Assembly (NCBI GenBank): GCA_963665095.1
Contig: OY762069.1
Span: 1,824,001-1,888,000 of the forward strand
Reading direction: 5' to 3'
DNA: 64,000 nt
Origin: an uncultured Desulfobacter sp.
GTDB lineage: Bacteria; Desulfobacterota; Desulfobacteria; Desulfobacterales; Desulfobacteraceae
The notes under the pieces were generated by a model. It did not search any database. It saw only the letters and a list, made by a program, of their open reading frames with translations, and was not told the origin of the DNA. Each line of letters opens with the position of its first letter. The first letter of the stretch is position 1. This document shows, in pieces, positions 9,539-21,756 of this stretch. The translations under genes and the position numbers were made by a program.

Positions 9539-10261
9539 TTACAGCACATTGAACAATGCATTTTTGAACGCCAGGAAGCTTGGCATGTCTATCCTGGTCC
9601 AATCTACGGTTCCGTCGTTAACCAGCTCACAAAGCTGTTTTCGTGATGTCTGTCCCTCAAGAATTTCTGCCAACTCTTTTTTTAGGGATTGTGGCGATTT
9701 ATCATTGCCTGATCGATTTTCCAGGGAATTGCATCCCTGATATGGGTTGTCCTTAACAGCACATATAATCCAAGCTTCGGATTTTGGTTTGGGGACCATT
9801 GGCACTCCTTTTTCATAACCCTCATCCTTGAATCCCCTGATTATTGAATCCTTTTTATGTTGCCAGAGCCCACGATCCGCAGATGCAGATCCGTCAGAGT
9901 CTCTGAAAAGAACAGCTATCACCTCATCATCATTAAGTTCTTCTTCTTTGTCTTTTGCAGCCAACGCCAGAGCCCTTGCATTACGGTAAAAATATTCGGT
10001 CTCTTTTGGTTTCTTATTACCAGGCAGGCTCAAGTTTCTTCTGTTATTTTTATATATCGATGCCCTTGATTTTAATTCGCCTTTTGAAATGAAACCGTAG
10101 GCGTGGCTTTCGATAAAAGAATATTTAATTCGTTGTTCAGCCATTTGGGAGATAATTATCGCCAAAGGCCCCTGCAAGTGGTATTCGCCCTCACATTGAG
10201 TCAATCCGTTGGAACAAACACCAAGGTCAGTAGGCCCTTCCCCACTAAGAAGAAAGTACAT
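9539..10261 (-). CDS. TOPRIM-like (DUF4276/RloB-like) putative nuclease
   Basis: LLSGEGPTD, FRDSD (DxD) and KSEAW motifs; likely ATG at 10261, immediately after the ATPase stop. Confidence 0.6.
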   Translation of the reverse strand: MYFLLSGEGPTDLGVCSNGLTQCEGEYHLQGPLAIIISQMAEQRIKYSFIESHAYGFISKGELKSRASIYKNNRRNLSLPGNKKPKETEYFYRNARALALAAKDKEEELNDDEVIAVLFRDSDGSASADRGLWQHKKDSIIRGFKDEGYEKGVPMVPKPKSEAWIICAVKDNPYQGCNSLENRSGNDKSPQSLKKELAEILEGQTSRKQLCELVNDGTVDWTRIDMPSFLAFKNALFNVL

Positions 10262-10262
10262 G

Positions 10263-11453
10263 TTACGCCTCTCCTGATTCGAGGCTTTGGATTTCTTCAT
10301 CCAGTTCCGTCAGGTTCGTGTCAACAAACACCTCTCCCGGTCCCATTACAGTTAATTTTTCAGCAATGGATGGAATTGTAAAAAATTGAATGGCTTTCGA
10401 GATACCTGTTGGCGTTTTGTAAAGATAAATAACCCCGGATTTGGCAACTTCATCACTAAGATAGTTAAGGATCAACGGGCTATGCGTCGTTACAAGCACC
10501 TGTTTGTCGGTCTGGGTAAGTATGTCTATTATGAATTCAGTCACTTCCGGGTTTATTCCATTTTCAATTTCATCAAAAAGTAAAAAGCTGTGTTCAGATT
10601 GAAGTTCGGCCAAAATAGTTATCAGCCGCAGCATACCATCATTCACATGACGTGCCTCTGTTTTCATTCTTGGGAAAAAGGTACGCATGCCGGATTCAAG
10701 GCTGTCATATTCCTCTACAATCTCTAACTGTTTCCAACCCGAACGAAGAGATTTAACGCCAACGGATAACAATTGAGGATAAACCTCTTTCAGGCGGGAT
10801 GCTAAATCGCCACGTTTTGTCAACCCGAGTTCATATAGAAAAGCAGAGAGTTTTTGCCCACCAAGCCCAAGCGCACCGGCAGATTCTCTTGTCCGTTGTC
10901 GCAGATGTTCAGGCGAAAGCAAATCAAGGGAATTCACCTTTTTCAAAAAATTCTTGCACTTTAGAATCGAATTCGGCAACAGATCTTCTTTTAGAGCTGA
11001 AAGAATTGAACCTTCATATTCAAAAGCAATCTGCATCTTCGATTCGTTTTCCTCAGCCGGATTCTCATGAGAAGTTATATAAACAATACCCTTTCTTACG
11101 ACCAATGAGGACTCATAAAGTTCAACGCGCTCCTGTGTACAATGTTTCATTGAAGGGTTAAAGCTTGCCTCCCAATAACCGATTTTTTGGTCATTGGTAT
11201 CTGCAAAGGAAATAGTTGCATCGATATTTCCTTTCTTGGTTAATTTAGACTTCAGGTCTGAAGTATCCCACTTTCTTTCTTTGAGCCAACCCGTAATGTC
11301 GCCTTTGATAAGTTGAGAAGCAAAATCAATAAATTGAAGAACCGTTGATTTACCTGATCCATTCAAACCGATCAAGCCGGTAAATTGTCCAAGGTCAATC
11401 CTGAAATCAACAAGTGATTTGAAATTATTTGCCTCAATAGATTTTATTCTCAT
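10263..11453 (-). CDS. ABC-type (AAA_21) ATPase
   Basis: Walker A GLNGSGKST, signature-like NDGM, Walker B LLFDEIENG, H-loop VTTHS. Confidence 0.88.
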   Translation of the reverse strand: MRIKSIEANNFKSLVDFRIDLGQFTGLIGLNGSGKSTVLQFIDFASQLIKGDITGWLKERKWDTSDLKSKLTKKGNIDATISFADTNDQKIGYWEASFNPSMKHCTQERVELYESSLVVRKGIVYITSHENPAEENESKMQIAFEYEGSILSALKEDLLPNSILKCKNFLKKVNSLDLLSPEHLRQRTRESAGALGLGGQKLSAFLYELGLTKRGDLASRLKEVYPQLLSVGVKSLRSGWKQLEIVEEYDSLESGMRTFFPRMKTEARHVNDGMLRLITILAELQSEHSFLLFDEIENGINPEVTEFIIDILTQTDKQVLVTTHSPLILNYLSDEVAKSGVIYLYKTPTGISKAIQFFTIPSIAEKLTVMGPGEVFVDTNLTELDEEIQSLESGEA

Positions 11454-11497
11454 GTTTGTATGCTCTTTGTGTAAGAAAGTTTTGTATTACAATACTA

Positions 11498-14350
11498 CTA
11501 TTCTTCAAATTCTGCTGTCTTGAATCTTAAAACACTGCAATTTTCTTTAACTGTTCTCTGTAGTGCTTCGTCGAATCCATCTGCTGATCTTGCCTCTACC
11601 TCTATTTTAATTGCCACTTCTACGCCGACCTTGGATGTAAAATGCTGAACCACTTCATCGACAATGTCAGAAAAACTCATTGTTGCCTGGACCGGATCAA
11701 GGTCCACTGTGCCATAGAACTGTTTTTTTATAATCGTAGGGATAGGAGGTGCGGTTCCTGAATCATCGCCGCCAGAGGATGGTGTCCCTCCTTGAGGCTG
11801 ATCACCCGTCCCTGGGGATGGAGTGCTGCCTCCAGTATCAGTTGGATTGGCATTTCCCTGACCGGGTGCCGGTTCGGCGGTTTTATTCAGATATTGAATT
11901 GCTGCTTCACGTTCAATCAACAATGAAGAGTCATCAATCGTAATAATGGCGCTGGAACCAATGGCAAATCCCAGATATCGTTCCTGCTCTTTTCCTGACG
12001 CGAAGCCGAAAAAATCTTTGCTGACCAGTCCATTTTCAATGACGGTTCTAAAAACCTGCTCGTTTAATAAACGTGGCATATATAGATAATTACAACTGTC
12101 TTCCCAAACCTTCAGGGCGCTAATATCGGTCACACCATCTTTAAAATACCATTGATTGAGGTGATTGCGAAGATGGATGGGGCTCCATTCAGAGATCAGC
12201 CATTCTTCCTCTTTTAGAATATTTCCAATTTCCGCAGATAGATCTTGTGCAAAAGTAGACACACTAACAGCTTCCCAGGTCAGTTTGGGCTTTCCATGAA
12301 CCAAATCTTCAACCGGGCATAAAATCCATTTATATGCCTCTCTTAAAATTTGCTGTAAATTCTTTTCCGAGGCTTGTTTTTGCTTTTTGGCCTGATTAAT
12401 CTGGAACAGATCAAGGTTTAGTTTTCCTGCGTCAATATCGGATAAAATTTCTTTCCATGCTATATACGTCCGGCCATAATCTTTGAGACGGCTTAGGACA
12501 TCATGATCTACAGCCATAAACAGCAAACGGTTCTGCTTCTGCCTTGGTTGGTCCCCTCTGAATCGTAGTATTTTTTCTGCGGTGGAGATCGCCTGACTTG
12601 GATCTGCTTTGGTATATGCCGCCTGTATATCCGGCGGCAGGATAACCAGTCTCGGGCCGTTGCCAAAATCATCTGGGACATCACTTGACGGGGTAAAAAT
12701 ATGGACACCGGCAAAACAATGCCTGCTTCCGAATAATTGCCTGAGCCTGTCTTTCAACAATGGAATTAACTGCAAACGTGTATCAATCTGTCTTTTACGA
12801 CTTTCCATCTCACGACGCAGATTGGGTTTTGTATCCAGCCAGAATCTGTCCCCATCTGAATAAAGGTATTGCAGCTTATCTCTAAGCCTTTTTAAAACAT
12901 CTTCAAACACGCCCACAGGTTGCCCTGGCTGTGCGCACCCTAAAAGAATCCTTTCCACAGGCAGTCCCTTGACCATCTGGGCGTCACTGGTAGGGGCACT
13001 GCCCAAAAAGATGGTACGCATGGATCGCCGGGCCGCCTGAACCCCGCCAAATCGTGTATCACGACCATCAATCTCGCTTGGCTCCGAACGGGGACCATCC
13101 ACTTCTTTTTCAATGACCGGCTCCCATCCCTGGGGTAAATAATGGATGCTTTTGTTACGCACATTGGTATCCTCCAGATCAATTGATCCAGGCATAATCA
13201 AGGCATCCCGATTGTCAGAGTTCCAGAGTCGATGAATGACAATGGCCATATACTGTAACACGCCACGGGTCCGCTGAAATTTATCCAGAGTGGACCAGTC
13301 CTCGTATAACCGGTCAAAGATCTCCGGGTGGATGGGGTAGGAGTGGCAAAGCCTTTCAAAATAGTCATTCGACTGGGTTTCAATGGGGAATTTTTCACTG
13401 TTGGCCCGGTAATAATCAAAAAACCGGCTTGCCACTTCTTTGACCTGGGAAGGTTCACCCGCATACTCAAAAAGGCGGCGACGAACTATTTCAAATGCTT
13501 CGGTGCTGGCAACAGGTTTCCAGACAGATTCCACCCTGGCAAAATACTTTTCCAAAGCATTGAGCGCCCTTTGGCCCATACTCCCGCCAATTTCCAACTC
13601 AGATTCCGGTAAAGAGGCCAAAAGAATCGCATTGGGGACTAATTTCATGGATTCGGTCAGCGCCTGGATAAAGCTCATGTTGCTGTCAAAAGTCCCTGCT
13701 TTGAACTGCTGCCCTGATTCCAATTGTCTGATAAATGCCAGCAATTCATCCATTAAAACAACACATGGAGCTGCTTTTTCAAGCAATTGACGGATGGTCT
13801 CTTTTCCGGGAGAGGTGCCGTCAGCATCACTGTCAGCAACCATTGAATAGCCCTGTTCACCCAATAGTTGCCAGGCCAACTCCCCCCACAGGGTTTTTGC
13901 TGTGATTTTTCCATGGATTTGGGGTTGGCTGGGAGACAGTTTAATACCGTCAATAACAGCCACTTTCGCCACAGGAAGCTCACTGATGCCCGCCTCATCC
14001 AGAATTGGCGGAATACCTTCTAACTTATCAGTGGTCACCGTCCTGTTCGCAAGGTGCATGACGGCAAGCATGGTATGTGTTTTGCCACCGCCAAAAGCAG
14101 TCTGCAACTGAATGACAGGATCACCATCTTTGCCGCTTAAACGCTGGGCAACTGAGATCAAAAGCAGTCTCATACCTTCGGTAATAAAGGTCCGTGAAAA
14201 GAATTTTTCAGGGTCCTGGTATTCCGGAGGTGCTGAACCCGATGCAACCTGGGAGATATCGGCTGCAAACTCAGATTGTTTAAATGAACCTTCTAAAACA
14301 TCAGTATGTGGCTTGGCTATCTCTCTCCAGGGTTTCACGGAACTGTTCAT
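11498..14350 (-). CDS. DUF499 AAA+ ATPase
   Basis: N-terminal [15 protein letters not shown], Walker [29 protein letters not shown]. Confidence 0.9.
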   Translation of the reverse strand: MNSSVKPWREIAKPHTDVLEGSFKQSEFAADISQVASGSAPPEYQDPEKFFSRTFITEGMRLLLISVAQRLSGKDGDPVIQLQTAFGGGKTHTMLAVMHLANRTVTTDKLEGIPPILDEAGISELPVAKVAVIDGIKLSPSQPQIHGKITAKTLWGELAWQLLGEQGYSMVADSDADGTSPGKETIRQLLEKAAPCVVLMDELLAFIRQLESGQQFKAGTFDSNMSFIQALTESMKLVPNAILLASLPESELEIGGSMGQRALNALEKYFARVESVWKPVASTEAFEIVRRRLFEYAGEPSQVKEVASRFFDYYRANSEKFPIETQSNDYFERLCHSYPIHPEIFDRLYEDWSTLDKFQRTRGVLQYMAIVIHRLWNSDNRDALIMPGSIDLEDTNVRNKSIHYLPQGWEPVIEKEVDGPRSEPSEIDGRDTRFGGVQAARRSMRTIFLGSAPTSDAQMVKGLPVERILLGCAQPGQPVGVFEDVLKRLRDKLQYLYSDGDRFWLDTKPNLRREMESRKRQIDTRLQLIPLLKDRLRQLFGSRHCFAGVHIFTPSSDVPDDFGNGPRLVILPPDIQAAYTKADPSQAISTAEKILRFRGDQPRQKQNRLLFMAVDHDVLSRLKDYGRTYIAWKEILSDIDAGKLNLDLFQINQAKKQKQASEKNLQQILREAYKWILCPVEDLVHGKPKLTWEAVSVSTFAQDLSAEIGNILKEEEWLISEWSPIHLRNHLNQWYFKDGVTDISALKVWEDSCNYLYMPRLLNEQVFRTVIENGLVSKDFFGFASGKEQERYLGFAIGSSAIITIDDSSLLIEREAAIQYLNKTAEPAPGQGNANPTDTGGSTPSPGTGDQPQGGTPSSGGDDSGTAPPIPTIIKKQFYGTVDLDPVQATMSFSDIVDEVVQHFTSKVGVEVAIKIEVEARSADGFDEALQRTVKENCSVLRFKTAEFEE

Positions 14351-14370
14351 TTATTGCCTCAATTAATATA

Positions 14371-17262
14371 TTAAAAATCAAGTTCAAGTTGACGGTCTCG
14401 TTCAGGGGTAACGGTTTCCTGGGATGCTGAAACTATTGCATGCCAGGAGCCTATTAACTCATTATAGGCCCGTGCTTCTTCCGCCCATTTTTTTCTCTCG
14501 CATTGTGTATATAGATGGTAAGCTAATTGCCTTATTGCTTCGCCTTTCTCCGGCATTTTTGCCAACAGTGCCCCCGCTTCAGTCTCTCCTTGCTGATTCA
14601 GCACTCTTATCATTTGATGGCATGCTTCCCATATCGGGGTTCGTTTGTCTTTCTGGGGGTCCCAATCGGTGGGGTATTCGTTCCATTTCAGAAGACGAAC
14701 TTTTCCTCCGCCAGAGACCGCTACTCCGGAGTCAGCAACACCATCTACTGTTGTTCCTTTTGCCTGGGCTAAAACATTTGCTTCACCAAATAAACCTTCA
14801 CCCCAGCCAAATTGTCCAAACCAATCATCACAAAATAAAGTATCTGAGTCAAAATTCCCGCTATCTGGGTTTAGGTAATCAGAGATAGATTTATTTATAA
14901 GAATAAGAGCATCGTGAACGCTCATTTGACTCCCATCCTGATTTAGCACACCATTATAACTGGAAAAAATTGCCATTCCTGGGCCGATGGCAGCTTGAGC
15001 CAAATCAACTGGTGCTATTGGGAGAACCCCCTCCGCACCTCCTATCATTGCTTCTAAGGCTTCTGGCATCTTCAAACGAAGTTCTTTCTGAAATTGTCGT
15101 CGAGAGATTGAATTACAACTTATACTCCTTTTTTTACAAATTAAAACGACAGAGGATGCTAATGCATTAGAAGCTATTCCTCTGATTCTTGAGGATTGTT
15201 CTGATCGTATTGGCCAAGTGCCGACGATTGAAAAGTTTGCTTCGATAATGGCTTCTAAAAAGGTTTCCCATCCAGGACTTGAAGTCATATCCGATTTTGT
15301 TTCAGATTGTTTAAATGCGTAATAAATCGAAACGGGAAATGCCGGATGAGATGTTTCAGACATCTTTTTAATCGCTTCTGTCATCCCCTCCATGAAAAAT
15401 TGTTCAGCAACTTTTTTTGTGCCATGTCGATCAGTTGTAGCAACCAACTCTTCTGCTTTTGGAGTCGTTAGGGTTGAGAATAAACTTGGAAAGATATTTT
15501 TCAAACTTTGCCGCATCCAAATATAAAAAAAATCTGATAAATCCGCATAGCCTATGTTGTCATAATAGGGAGGGTCTGTAGATATAATTTTTTCCAAATT
15601 ATAATTTTCATGAATTGCATTTTTTTGATAAGCAGAACCCAGCCCCTTCCCATTAATTTTTAATAAACATTGTACTTGATAATCGAGATTTGTTGTAAAT
15701 CCACCAACAACATTTTCGATTATATTTGCTTCAGCAAAATCCCAAACCATTGGAATTGCGTGTCTAGAAAAAAGGTACATCACCTTCTCATTGCCAGCTC
15801 GCCATCCTGTTAGGGCATTGTTAAAATCGGCGCATCTATCAATGACAAAGCTTAAATATACTGCTATTGCATCACCATACGCAGTGGCACTAGTTCCACC
15901 AGAATCGATACCACATCCATCATCATCCATTCCTTTCTTTGTTGCATCTTCTATAGCTTTTAAACGAGCGGCCTCAACTAAATTGGATAATGTGGTTAGA
16001 GCGACCAATTGTCTATTGGTGAAAAGGTCTTTATACTTCTTCATGCCATATTGTTGAATGCGGAAGCCTAATGCCTTTTTGGGTAAATCGATTTCTGGAG
16101 CTTCACTGACATGAATATCTAATATATTTTTTTCAATTTCCTTGTTTGGCGATAAATAAACACGCTGCCTTTGGCCTTGAACAACTATAGCCATCAACCT
16201 ATATTTCATTCGGCCTGCTTGCGCTTCTTTACGAATATACTTCAAAGGTATTGCGGTATTAGATAAGATACAAGTTCCACCGCCCCTATTCATTGTGCCT
16301 CTTAAAAAGCTATCTGGTTGTTTACCTATCCTTACCTTAAATTCATAACCCTGATTTTTTGGAACTGGTTCTACCCAAGCTTCTTTTCCTTTCTTATTGC
16401 AAAGAATAAAAGAACGAACTAAGGGTATATCCACCTCATTGTATGCTGGATTTGGACTTTTGACTGTCCTAGCCCAGATCCAAGCGATTACTTTTAGTTC
16501 TTTCCCTACATATTCTTTCAAATCCTCTCTTATATAAGCCATTTCTGGTGTGACTTTAACTTTGGGATACAATGGATCTAAAGTCTTTTGGGCTTCATGG
16601 TGTATCCAATAACCATAGCGCCTCACATCTTCGGCCAATCCCTTTATACCTGACCATTTATTTATTAAATCAAGTTGATTTTGTTTTCGGGGCATGGGGC
16701 CGATTGGCTTAATATCTACAAATTTGGGAGGAATTTCTATCATCGATTTGTTTATCATAACCGCTATTGGATTCAAATCAGTTGCATAGCTGTTTAATCC
16801 GAGTCTTTGAGCTTCTAACGGTATCGCACCGCCCCCAGCAAAAGGATCATGAAACGAGGGAAGTTCTTCTGGGTTGAATCCTGGTTTGCCTTTATTGAGA
16901 TCACAGGTTTCTTTCCAGCTTTTTTTGATAGCAGCTATTGCTCTATCAAGAACTAATACATTGTCACTATTTTCCCACTTTACTAACTCTCGTATAATTT
17001 CAAATAAATCTTCTCTTTCACGAGCTGCTTGGGTTTTTGTAATCTTATTTGTCCAGCCACGTTCACCTCCAGGATCATTTACCATTTGAGCAAAAATAAC
17101 TGCTCGTGCGGCTGCGAGAGGGCGTCTTGCCCACCATAAATGGATACCCCGGGGATGGGGGCCTATCCCGGGCATTTTTTCATAGGCGCACGCAGCATTA
17201 ATATCGTCAAGAGGCAAAGCGACTTCTATTAATTTTTTCGGTATATTTATTTTGTCACTCAT
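14371..17262 (-). CDS. DUF1156 adenine-specific DNA methyltransferase
   Basis: KKLIEVALPL, HLWWARRPL, DPFAGGGAIPLEA (SAM binding), TDPPYYD (motif IV). Confidence 0.9.
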   Translation of the reverse strand: MSDKINIPKKLIEVALPLDDINAACAYEKMPGIGPHPRGIHLWWARRPLAAARAVIFAQMVNDPGGERGWTNKITKTQAAREREDLFEIIRELVKWENSDNVLVLDRAIAAIKKSWKETCDLNKGKPGFNPEELPSFHDPFAGGGAIPLEAQRLGLNSYATDLNPIAVMINKSMIEIPPKFVDIKPIGPMPRKQNQLDLINKWSGIKGLAEDVRRYGYWIHHEAQKTLDPLYPKVKVTPEMAYIREDLKEYVGKELKVIAWIWARTVKSPNPAYNEVDIPLVRSFILCNKKGKEAWVEPVPKNQGYEFKVRIGKQPDSFLRGTMNRGGGTCILSNTAIPLKYIRKEAQAGRMKYRLMAIVVQGQRQRVYLSPNKEIEKNILDIHVSEAPEIDLPKKALGFRIQQYGMKKYKDLFTNRQLVALTTLSNLVEAARLKAIEDATKKGMDDDGCGIDSGGTSATAYGDAIAVYLSFVIDRCADFNNALTGWRAGNEKVMYLFSRHAIPMVWDFAEANIIENVVGGFTTNLDYQVQCLLKINGKGLGSAYQKNAIHENYNLEKIISTDPPYYDNIGYADLSDFFYIWMRQSLKNIFPSLFSTLTTPKAEELVATTDRHGTKKVAEQFFMEGMTEAIKKMSETSHPAFPVSIYYAFKQSETKSDMTSSPGWETFLEAIIEANFSIVGTWPIRSEQSSRIRGIASNALASSVVLICKKRSISCNSISRRQFQKELRLKMPEALEAMIGGAEGVLPIAPVDLAQAAIGPGMAIFSSYNGVLNQDGSQMSVHDALILINKSISDYLNPDSGNFDSDTLFCDDWFGQFGWGEGLFGEANVLAQAKGTTVDGVADSGVAVSGGGKVRLLKWNEYPTDWDPQKDKRTPIWEACHQMIRVLNQQGETEAGALLAKMPEKGEAIRQLAYHLYTQCERKKWAEEARAYNELIGSWHAIVSASQETVTPERDRQLELDF

Positions 17263-17265
17263 GTA

Positions 17266-20200
17266 TCAGTTCTCAAGTGTTTGTTCAGGATCAACCGCTT
17301 TAGAAAGCAAATCCTGAAGATCATAATTTATACTGGCCACGCCAAAATCCGGTTCAACATGGAATGGATTCTTAATGTAAAACGGTCCCTCGTAAGTGTC
17401 ATTATCAACAATCACAACAGCAAGGATGAATTTATCAGCCTGATTCAAACCATATAAAATTTCGTTGCGGCTGACCGTAATTGTACTCTGGCCCTTAGAC
17501 CGGCCCTTGACTTCGATATGGCGATCCATTTTCATAGATCCGTCAGGGTTTACGGGTGGCCGGGCCGTTACATCCCAACCGCATTTTTCAGCACCGACAT
17601 CTTTAACTTCATGACCAAAGCCTTTTTCTAAATCCATTACAGCTTTCATGGCAATACGTTCGACTTTGGCTTTTGCCTCAGCATCAATGGGGGATTGAAC
17701 CTCACCTTTACGATGGGCCAAAAGACCCTGGGGGATTACCAATGCCCCGCCAATAATCACAGGAGTGCTTGAAACCACATTACGCATGGTTTCTATTTCA
17801 GATTCTCTTTGTTTCAGCCTTGCGGTCAGTTCATCAACCCTGCGCCGGGCCATTTCTGGCTGCATCCGTGGTTGTTTTCCTGAACTGACATCATCTTTTA
17901 ATTTGATATACCGGTCAGACCAGTAATTGATCTCTTTGACAAGGCGCTCTTTCACCGCCGTGATTATTTTGTCCGCCTGTCTTTCCCGGCGCTCTTTGAT
18001 TTCTTTGTAATGATCAGGAACTAAATTGGCCGTGGCATGGTTAAGCGCCAGTGATTCCAGATTATTACTTAACCAGGGCGCTTGCAGAATATCCTGGACT
18101 AAATTTTTGTCGTAATCATCGATTGGCAGCAGATCAAGGTGAGGTGCCCAACCGGCGTTGTAAGAATTTCCACCCCCATCAATTTCAACGAACTGCAATC
18201 TCCTGGAAGCGACTCTGGGGGCTTGGGTGCCCACACCTGATGTCTCTCGAACGCTGTGATCCACCATGAACATCACCCGTGGGGTCTGACCATCATCATT
18301 GGGATCTACCATGACCGCGCCTTGCTTTAATTTTGCTCTATGGGCCTGGAGAATAAGGTCTGTACTGGCATGCATAAGCGGATGCCCTGGATGAATCAAA
18401 TCCGCCATGGGTTTATTATATTGGCGAATGGCATGTTTTTCAAAACAGATGCGTTCGTATTTTTTCAGCACAGGTGTCCGTGTCTCACCGATGACTCTGT
18501 CCCGTTCCCGAATAGACGCGGGGACATGACGGATTTCAAAGCGGCCTGATTCACGGGATCGGATCTCGCCGCCAAGGGATTGAAACGCCTCTGTAAAAAA
18601 AGATCTTATGAAATAAGGCTGGAGCTTTCTTGCCTCTGCCTTCTCCATCTCCTCTTTAACTGCGTAAAGATCTTCAAGGCTCATATGCTGCTCAACTAAA
18701 GCATTCCGTCTCAGGATATCTTTTAACCGTTCAGTATCCAGGGTATTGTCGATCACCTCATTCATCCGGGCTTTAACTTCCGGATCTTCCCCATACCGAA
18801 TCGCCTTGATAAGAAGATCTTTTAAAGAGACATTGTCAAACGCTTCTCCCAATACATCGAACACCTTGCCACCCAGGGCTTCTTTTTCAATTTCTATTTT
18901 AGTGAAAAGTTTTTGAAAAACTTCACCCTCCCTGGTTTCACTGGCGACAATATTCCAGAGGTGGCAAACTTCTGTCTGTCCAATTCGATGAATACGGCCA
19001 AATCTTTGTTCCAGGCGATTCGGATTCCAGGGCAGATCATAGTTGACCATCAGGTTTGCATTTTGCAGGTTAACACCTTCACCTGCTGCATCTGTGGCAA
19101 TCAAGATAACGACTTCAGCATCGTTTCTGAATTCTTCCTGGATTTTTCGACGGTCATCACGATTTGTGCCGCCATAAATAATTCTGACCGCATTGGGATC
19201 GCCAAGCATGTCCATGATCTTGCTTGAAAGGTAGTTTAAAGTATCCTTGTGCTCTGTGAAAATAATCATTTTTCTTCGGCTTCCCGCAGAATTGAGCATC
19301 TCAGGGTTATTTTGCATCAAGCTGGACAACTCTTCCCATTTTTTATCCATGTTGGACTGAACAACATCAAAGGCCTGAAGCTCAAGCCGTTTAAGGCTTA
19401 AAATTTCCGCTTCCAGTTCAGGCACTGTTTCCGCTGCGGTTGCCTGATCCACCACCTGTTCAGCAAAAATTTCATATTCTTCTGCATTGAGATCTTCATC
19501 AAGCTCATCCAGATTATCAGGTAGATCAATTGTCTTTTGAACGTTGTAAGTGCCAACGGTTTCAGCGACCCCGTCACTTCTGACCGCCTCCCCCCTGGCC
19601 AACAGTTTTGTTTCTTCCAGGCGGGATTCCAGGCGTTTACGGCGGCGTTTAAGCGATTGGAATATGGCCTCCGGGCTTGATGCAAGTCGTCTTTGCAGCT
19701 GGGTCAAGGCGAACCCGATTGTATTCTTTTTCTTGCCGTTCAGCTTATCCGCACGGTTCATCTCTTCCCGAACATATTTGGTCACTTCAGAATAGAGTTC
19801 GGCTTCCATGTCGGAGAGTTGATAGTTGACTGTATACGCTTTACGTTCCGGGAATAATTTAGTGCCGTCAAATTTCAATAATTCCTCTTTGACCATTCGA
19901 CGCATCATATCCGACACATCCACTTTATGGGCACCTTCACGGAACTTGCCATAAAAACGGTCTCCATCAAGCAGGGACAGCCAGATCTGGAAATCTTCTT
20001 CTTTGCCGTTGTGCGGTGTTGCCGTCATTAAAAGGAAGTGACGAGTGATTGAGCCTAAAAGTTCCCCAAATTGGAACCGTTTTGTTTTATTGACCTTATT
20101 GCCAAAATAGCTGGCTGATAATTTGTGGGCCTCATCAACGATCACCAGGTCCCAGTCCGTATTTTTTAGTTTTGCCTGGAAGTCCTCATTTCGGGATAGC

Positions 20201-20823
20201 TGATCCAGCCTGCAGATAAGCCGGTCTGCTTCGTCAAAAAAATTGCCGGTGGCGCATTGCTCCTGCTTCTCTTTACTGAAAATTTCAAATTGGATGCCGA
20301 ATTTTTCAAGCAGCTCATCCTGCCACTGCTCAGACAATGAACCCGGACAAACAATTAAAATCCGTTTTGCATCGGCCCGCATCAGTAATTCACGAATCAG
20401 GAGCCCGGCCATTACAGTTTTTCCTGCTCCCGGATCATCGGCAAGGACAAAACGCAGGGGTTGCCGGGGCAGCATGGATTCATACACGGCTGAAATTTGA
20501 TGGGGAAGAGGTTCTACATTTGAAGTGTGGACGGCCATCATGGGGTCAAACAATGCGGCCTGGGAAATACGAAAGGCTTCAAGACCGAGTTTAAACTCCT
20601 GGCCAGGCGCATCAAAGGCCCAGGGTCTTCCGGCCTTGGCAAGTTCCAGACGACTTTCATCGGATCTAAACAGCATCTGCTCAGCAAGACGGCCTTGACT
20701 ATCCTTATAATATACGGTGAGAGCTGAGTCGCCCACCGGTTCAACCTGTACGATTCTGACGACCTCTTCAGGCTGAATACCCCTTATCTGGGCATCTTTT
20801 TTTATATCTTCGAGTCTAAGCAT
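17266..20823 (-). CDS. SNF2-family helicase with C-terminal DUF3883 (PD-(D/E)xK-like) domain
   Basis: [31 protein letters not shown]-terminal GWDV...HIEVKG. Confidence 0.9.
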   Translation of the reverse strand: MLRLEDIKKDAQIRGIQPEEVVRIVQVEPVGDSALTVYYKDSQGRLAEQMLFRSDESRLELAKAGRPWAFDAPGQEFKLGLEAFRISQAALFDPMMAVHTSNVEPLPHQISAVYESMLPRQPLRFVLADDPGAGKTVMAGLLIRELLMRADAKRILIVCPGSLSEQWQDELLEKFGIQFEIFSKEKQEQCATGNFFDEADRLICRLDQLSRNEDFQAKLKNTDWDLVIVDEAHKLSASYFGNKVNKTKRFQFGELLGSITRHFLLMTATPHNGKEEDFQIWLSLLDGDRFYGKFREGAHKVDVSDMMRRMVKEELLKFDGTKLFPERKAYTVNYQLSDMEAELYSEVTKYVREEMNRADKLNGKKKNTIGFALTQLQRRLASSPEAIFQSLKRRRKRLESRLEETKLLARGEAVRSDGVAETVGTYNVQKTIDLPDNLDELDEDLNAEEYEIFAEQVVDQATAAETVPELEAEILSLKRLELQAFDVVQSNMDKKWEELSSLMQNNPEMLNSAGSRRKMIIFTEHKDTLNYLSSKIMDMLGDPNAVRIIYGGTNRDDRRKIQEEFRNDAEVVILIATDAAGEGVNLQNANLMVNYDLPWNPNRLEQRFGRIHRIGQTEVCHLWNIVASETREGEVFQKLFTKIEIEKEALGGKVFDVLGEAFDNVSLKDLLIKAIRYGEDPEVKARMNEVIDNTLDTERLKDILRRNALVEQHMSLEDLYAVKEEMEKAEARKLQPYFIRSFFTEAFQSLGGEIRSRESGRFEIRHVPASIRERDRVIGETRTPVLKKYERICFEKHAIRQYNKPMADLIHPGHPLMHASTDLILQAHRAKLKQGAVMVDPNDDGQTPRVMFMVDHSVRETSGVGTQAPRVASRRLQFVEIDGGGNSYNAGWAPHLDLLPIDDYDKNLVQDILQAPWLSNNLESLALNHATANLVPDHYKEIKERRERQADKIITAVKERLVKEINYWSDRYIKLKDDVSSGKQPRMQPEMARRRVDELTARLKQRESEIETMRNVVSSTPVIIGGALVIPQGLLAHRKGEVQSPIDAEAKAKVERIAMKAVMDLEKGFGHEVKDVGAEKCGWDVTARPPVNPDGSMKMDRHIEVKGRSKGQSTITVSRNEILYGLNQADKFILAVVIVDNDTYEGPFYIKNPFHVEPDFGVASINYDLQDLLSKAVDPEQTLEN

Positions 20824-21096
20824 TCATTCCCCCGCCCCCAACACTGTTTAATTATGTCCCATGGATGTCCCGCACAAGCAGTCAAAAATTTGGTTACTTA
20901 TACCTTGAAAAAACTAATCTAAGATTAAAATTGTATAAACGGAACATCCTTTACATTTTGAAAGATTACTGGTTCGGCCACAGCTAACTTTCTTTATTTT
21001 TCAGATATCAAACCAATTATCCGGATACAACGATTATTCGACTGATGACTATATCAAAAATAGATTTTCATGAATACAGGAGATAATAGTCAAAGC

Positions 21097-21756
21097 TTAC
21101 CCGCCCCGGGAAAGAGGTAAGGCATTCCTCCTGAACCAAGAGGCTGGAGCCATTTTGCGAAACTCATTTATTTTAAATCTAAAGGGGCAAACACCAAGTC
21201 TTTTTCCACATCCGCAAGGACAGGGCCTTTTATTTGCTTTCCGCTTTTTAAGACCTAACAACGCAACAGCTTGTTCGACTTGACAACGTTCTTTTAAATC
21301 AAAAATGGCGGAATAGTCGTCTATGAGTCCCGTGGTTCCGTGTCCAAGTTCACCCAATACAAACGCCCCACCGTTTTTTAACTTATACGAGACCGCATAG
21401 AGATATGGAATCAAGCACTTGTCTGTAAAGCCGCTTAAATCGGGAGTGCTGTATATTTTTTTTAGAAGTCTTAATGGAGATCCGAGGCAAAGCGATCCGT
21501 CTTGGTTCACATGATGATCAGCCTCACGAGGTATTTTCCCGCCAGTTTCTCTTACCGTCGGGATACTGCTCGGGAATTGATCCGGGATAATAATTTCAAG
21601 CTTGTATGAATCTTCTACTTCATCATTGCCATCTACATTGGCGATGAATCTAAAATTCCCATGTAAGCGGACACTGGAATCTAAGCTTGGAGAAATTGAC
21701 ATGCCCGGATAATCGTCCAGAAATTGTTCCAGATTTTTTAATGCATTAAGCCCCAT
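21097..21756 (-). CDS. E2 (ubiquitin-conjugating-like) protein with C-terminal SEC-C-like Zn motif; CBASS accessory
   Basis: IPDQFP..P, HVNQDGSLCLG (catalytic Cys), CPCGCGKRLGVC; lies directly downstream of the CD-NTase. Confidence 0.75.
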   Translation of the reverse strand: MGLNALKNLEQFLDDYPGMSISPSLDSSVRLHGNFRFIANVDGNDEVEDSYKLEIIIPDQFPSSIPTVRETGGKIPREADHHVNQDGSLCLGSPLRLLKKIYSTPDLSGFTDKCLIPYLYAVSYKLKNGGAFVLGELGHGTTGLIDDYSAIFDLKERCQVEQAVALLGLKKRKANKRPCPCGCGKRLGVCPFRFKINEFRKMAPASWFRRNALPLSRGG

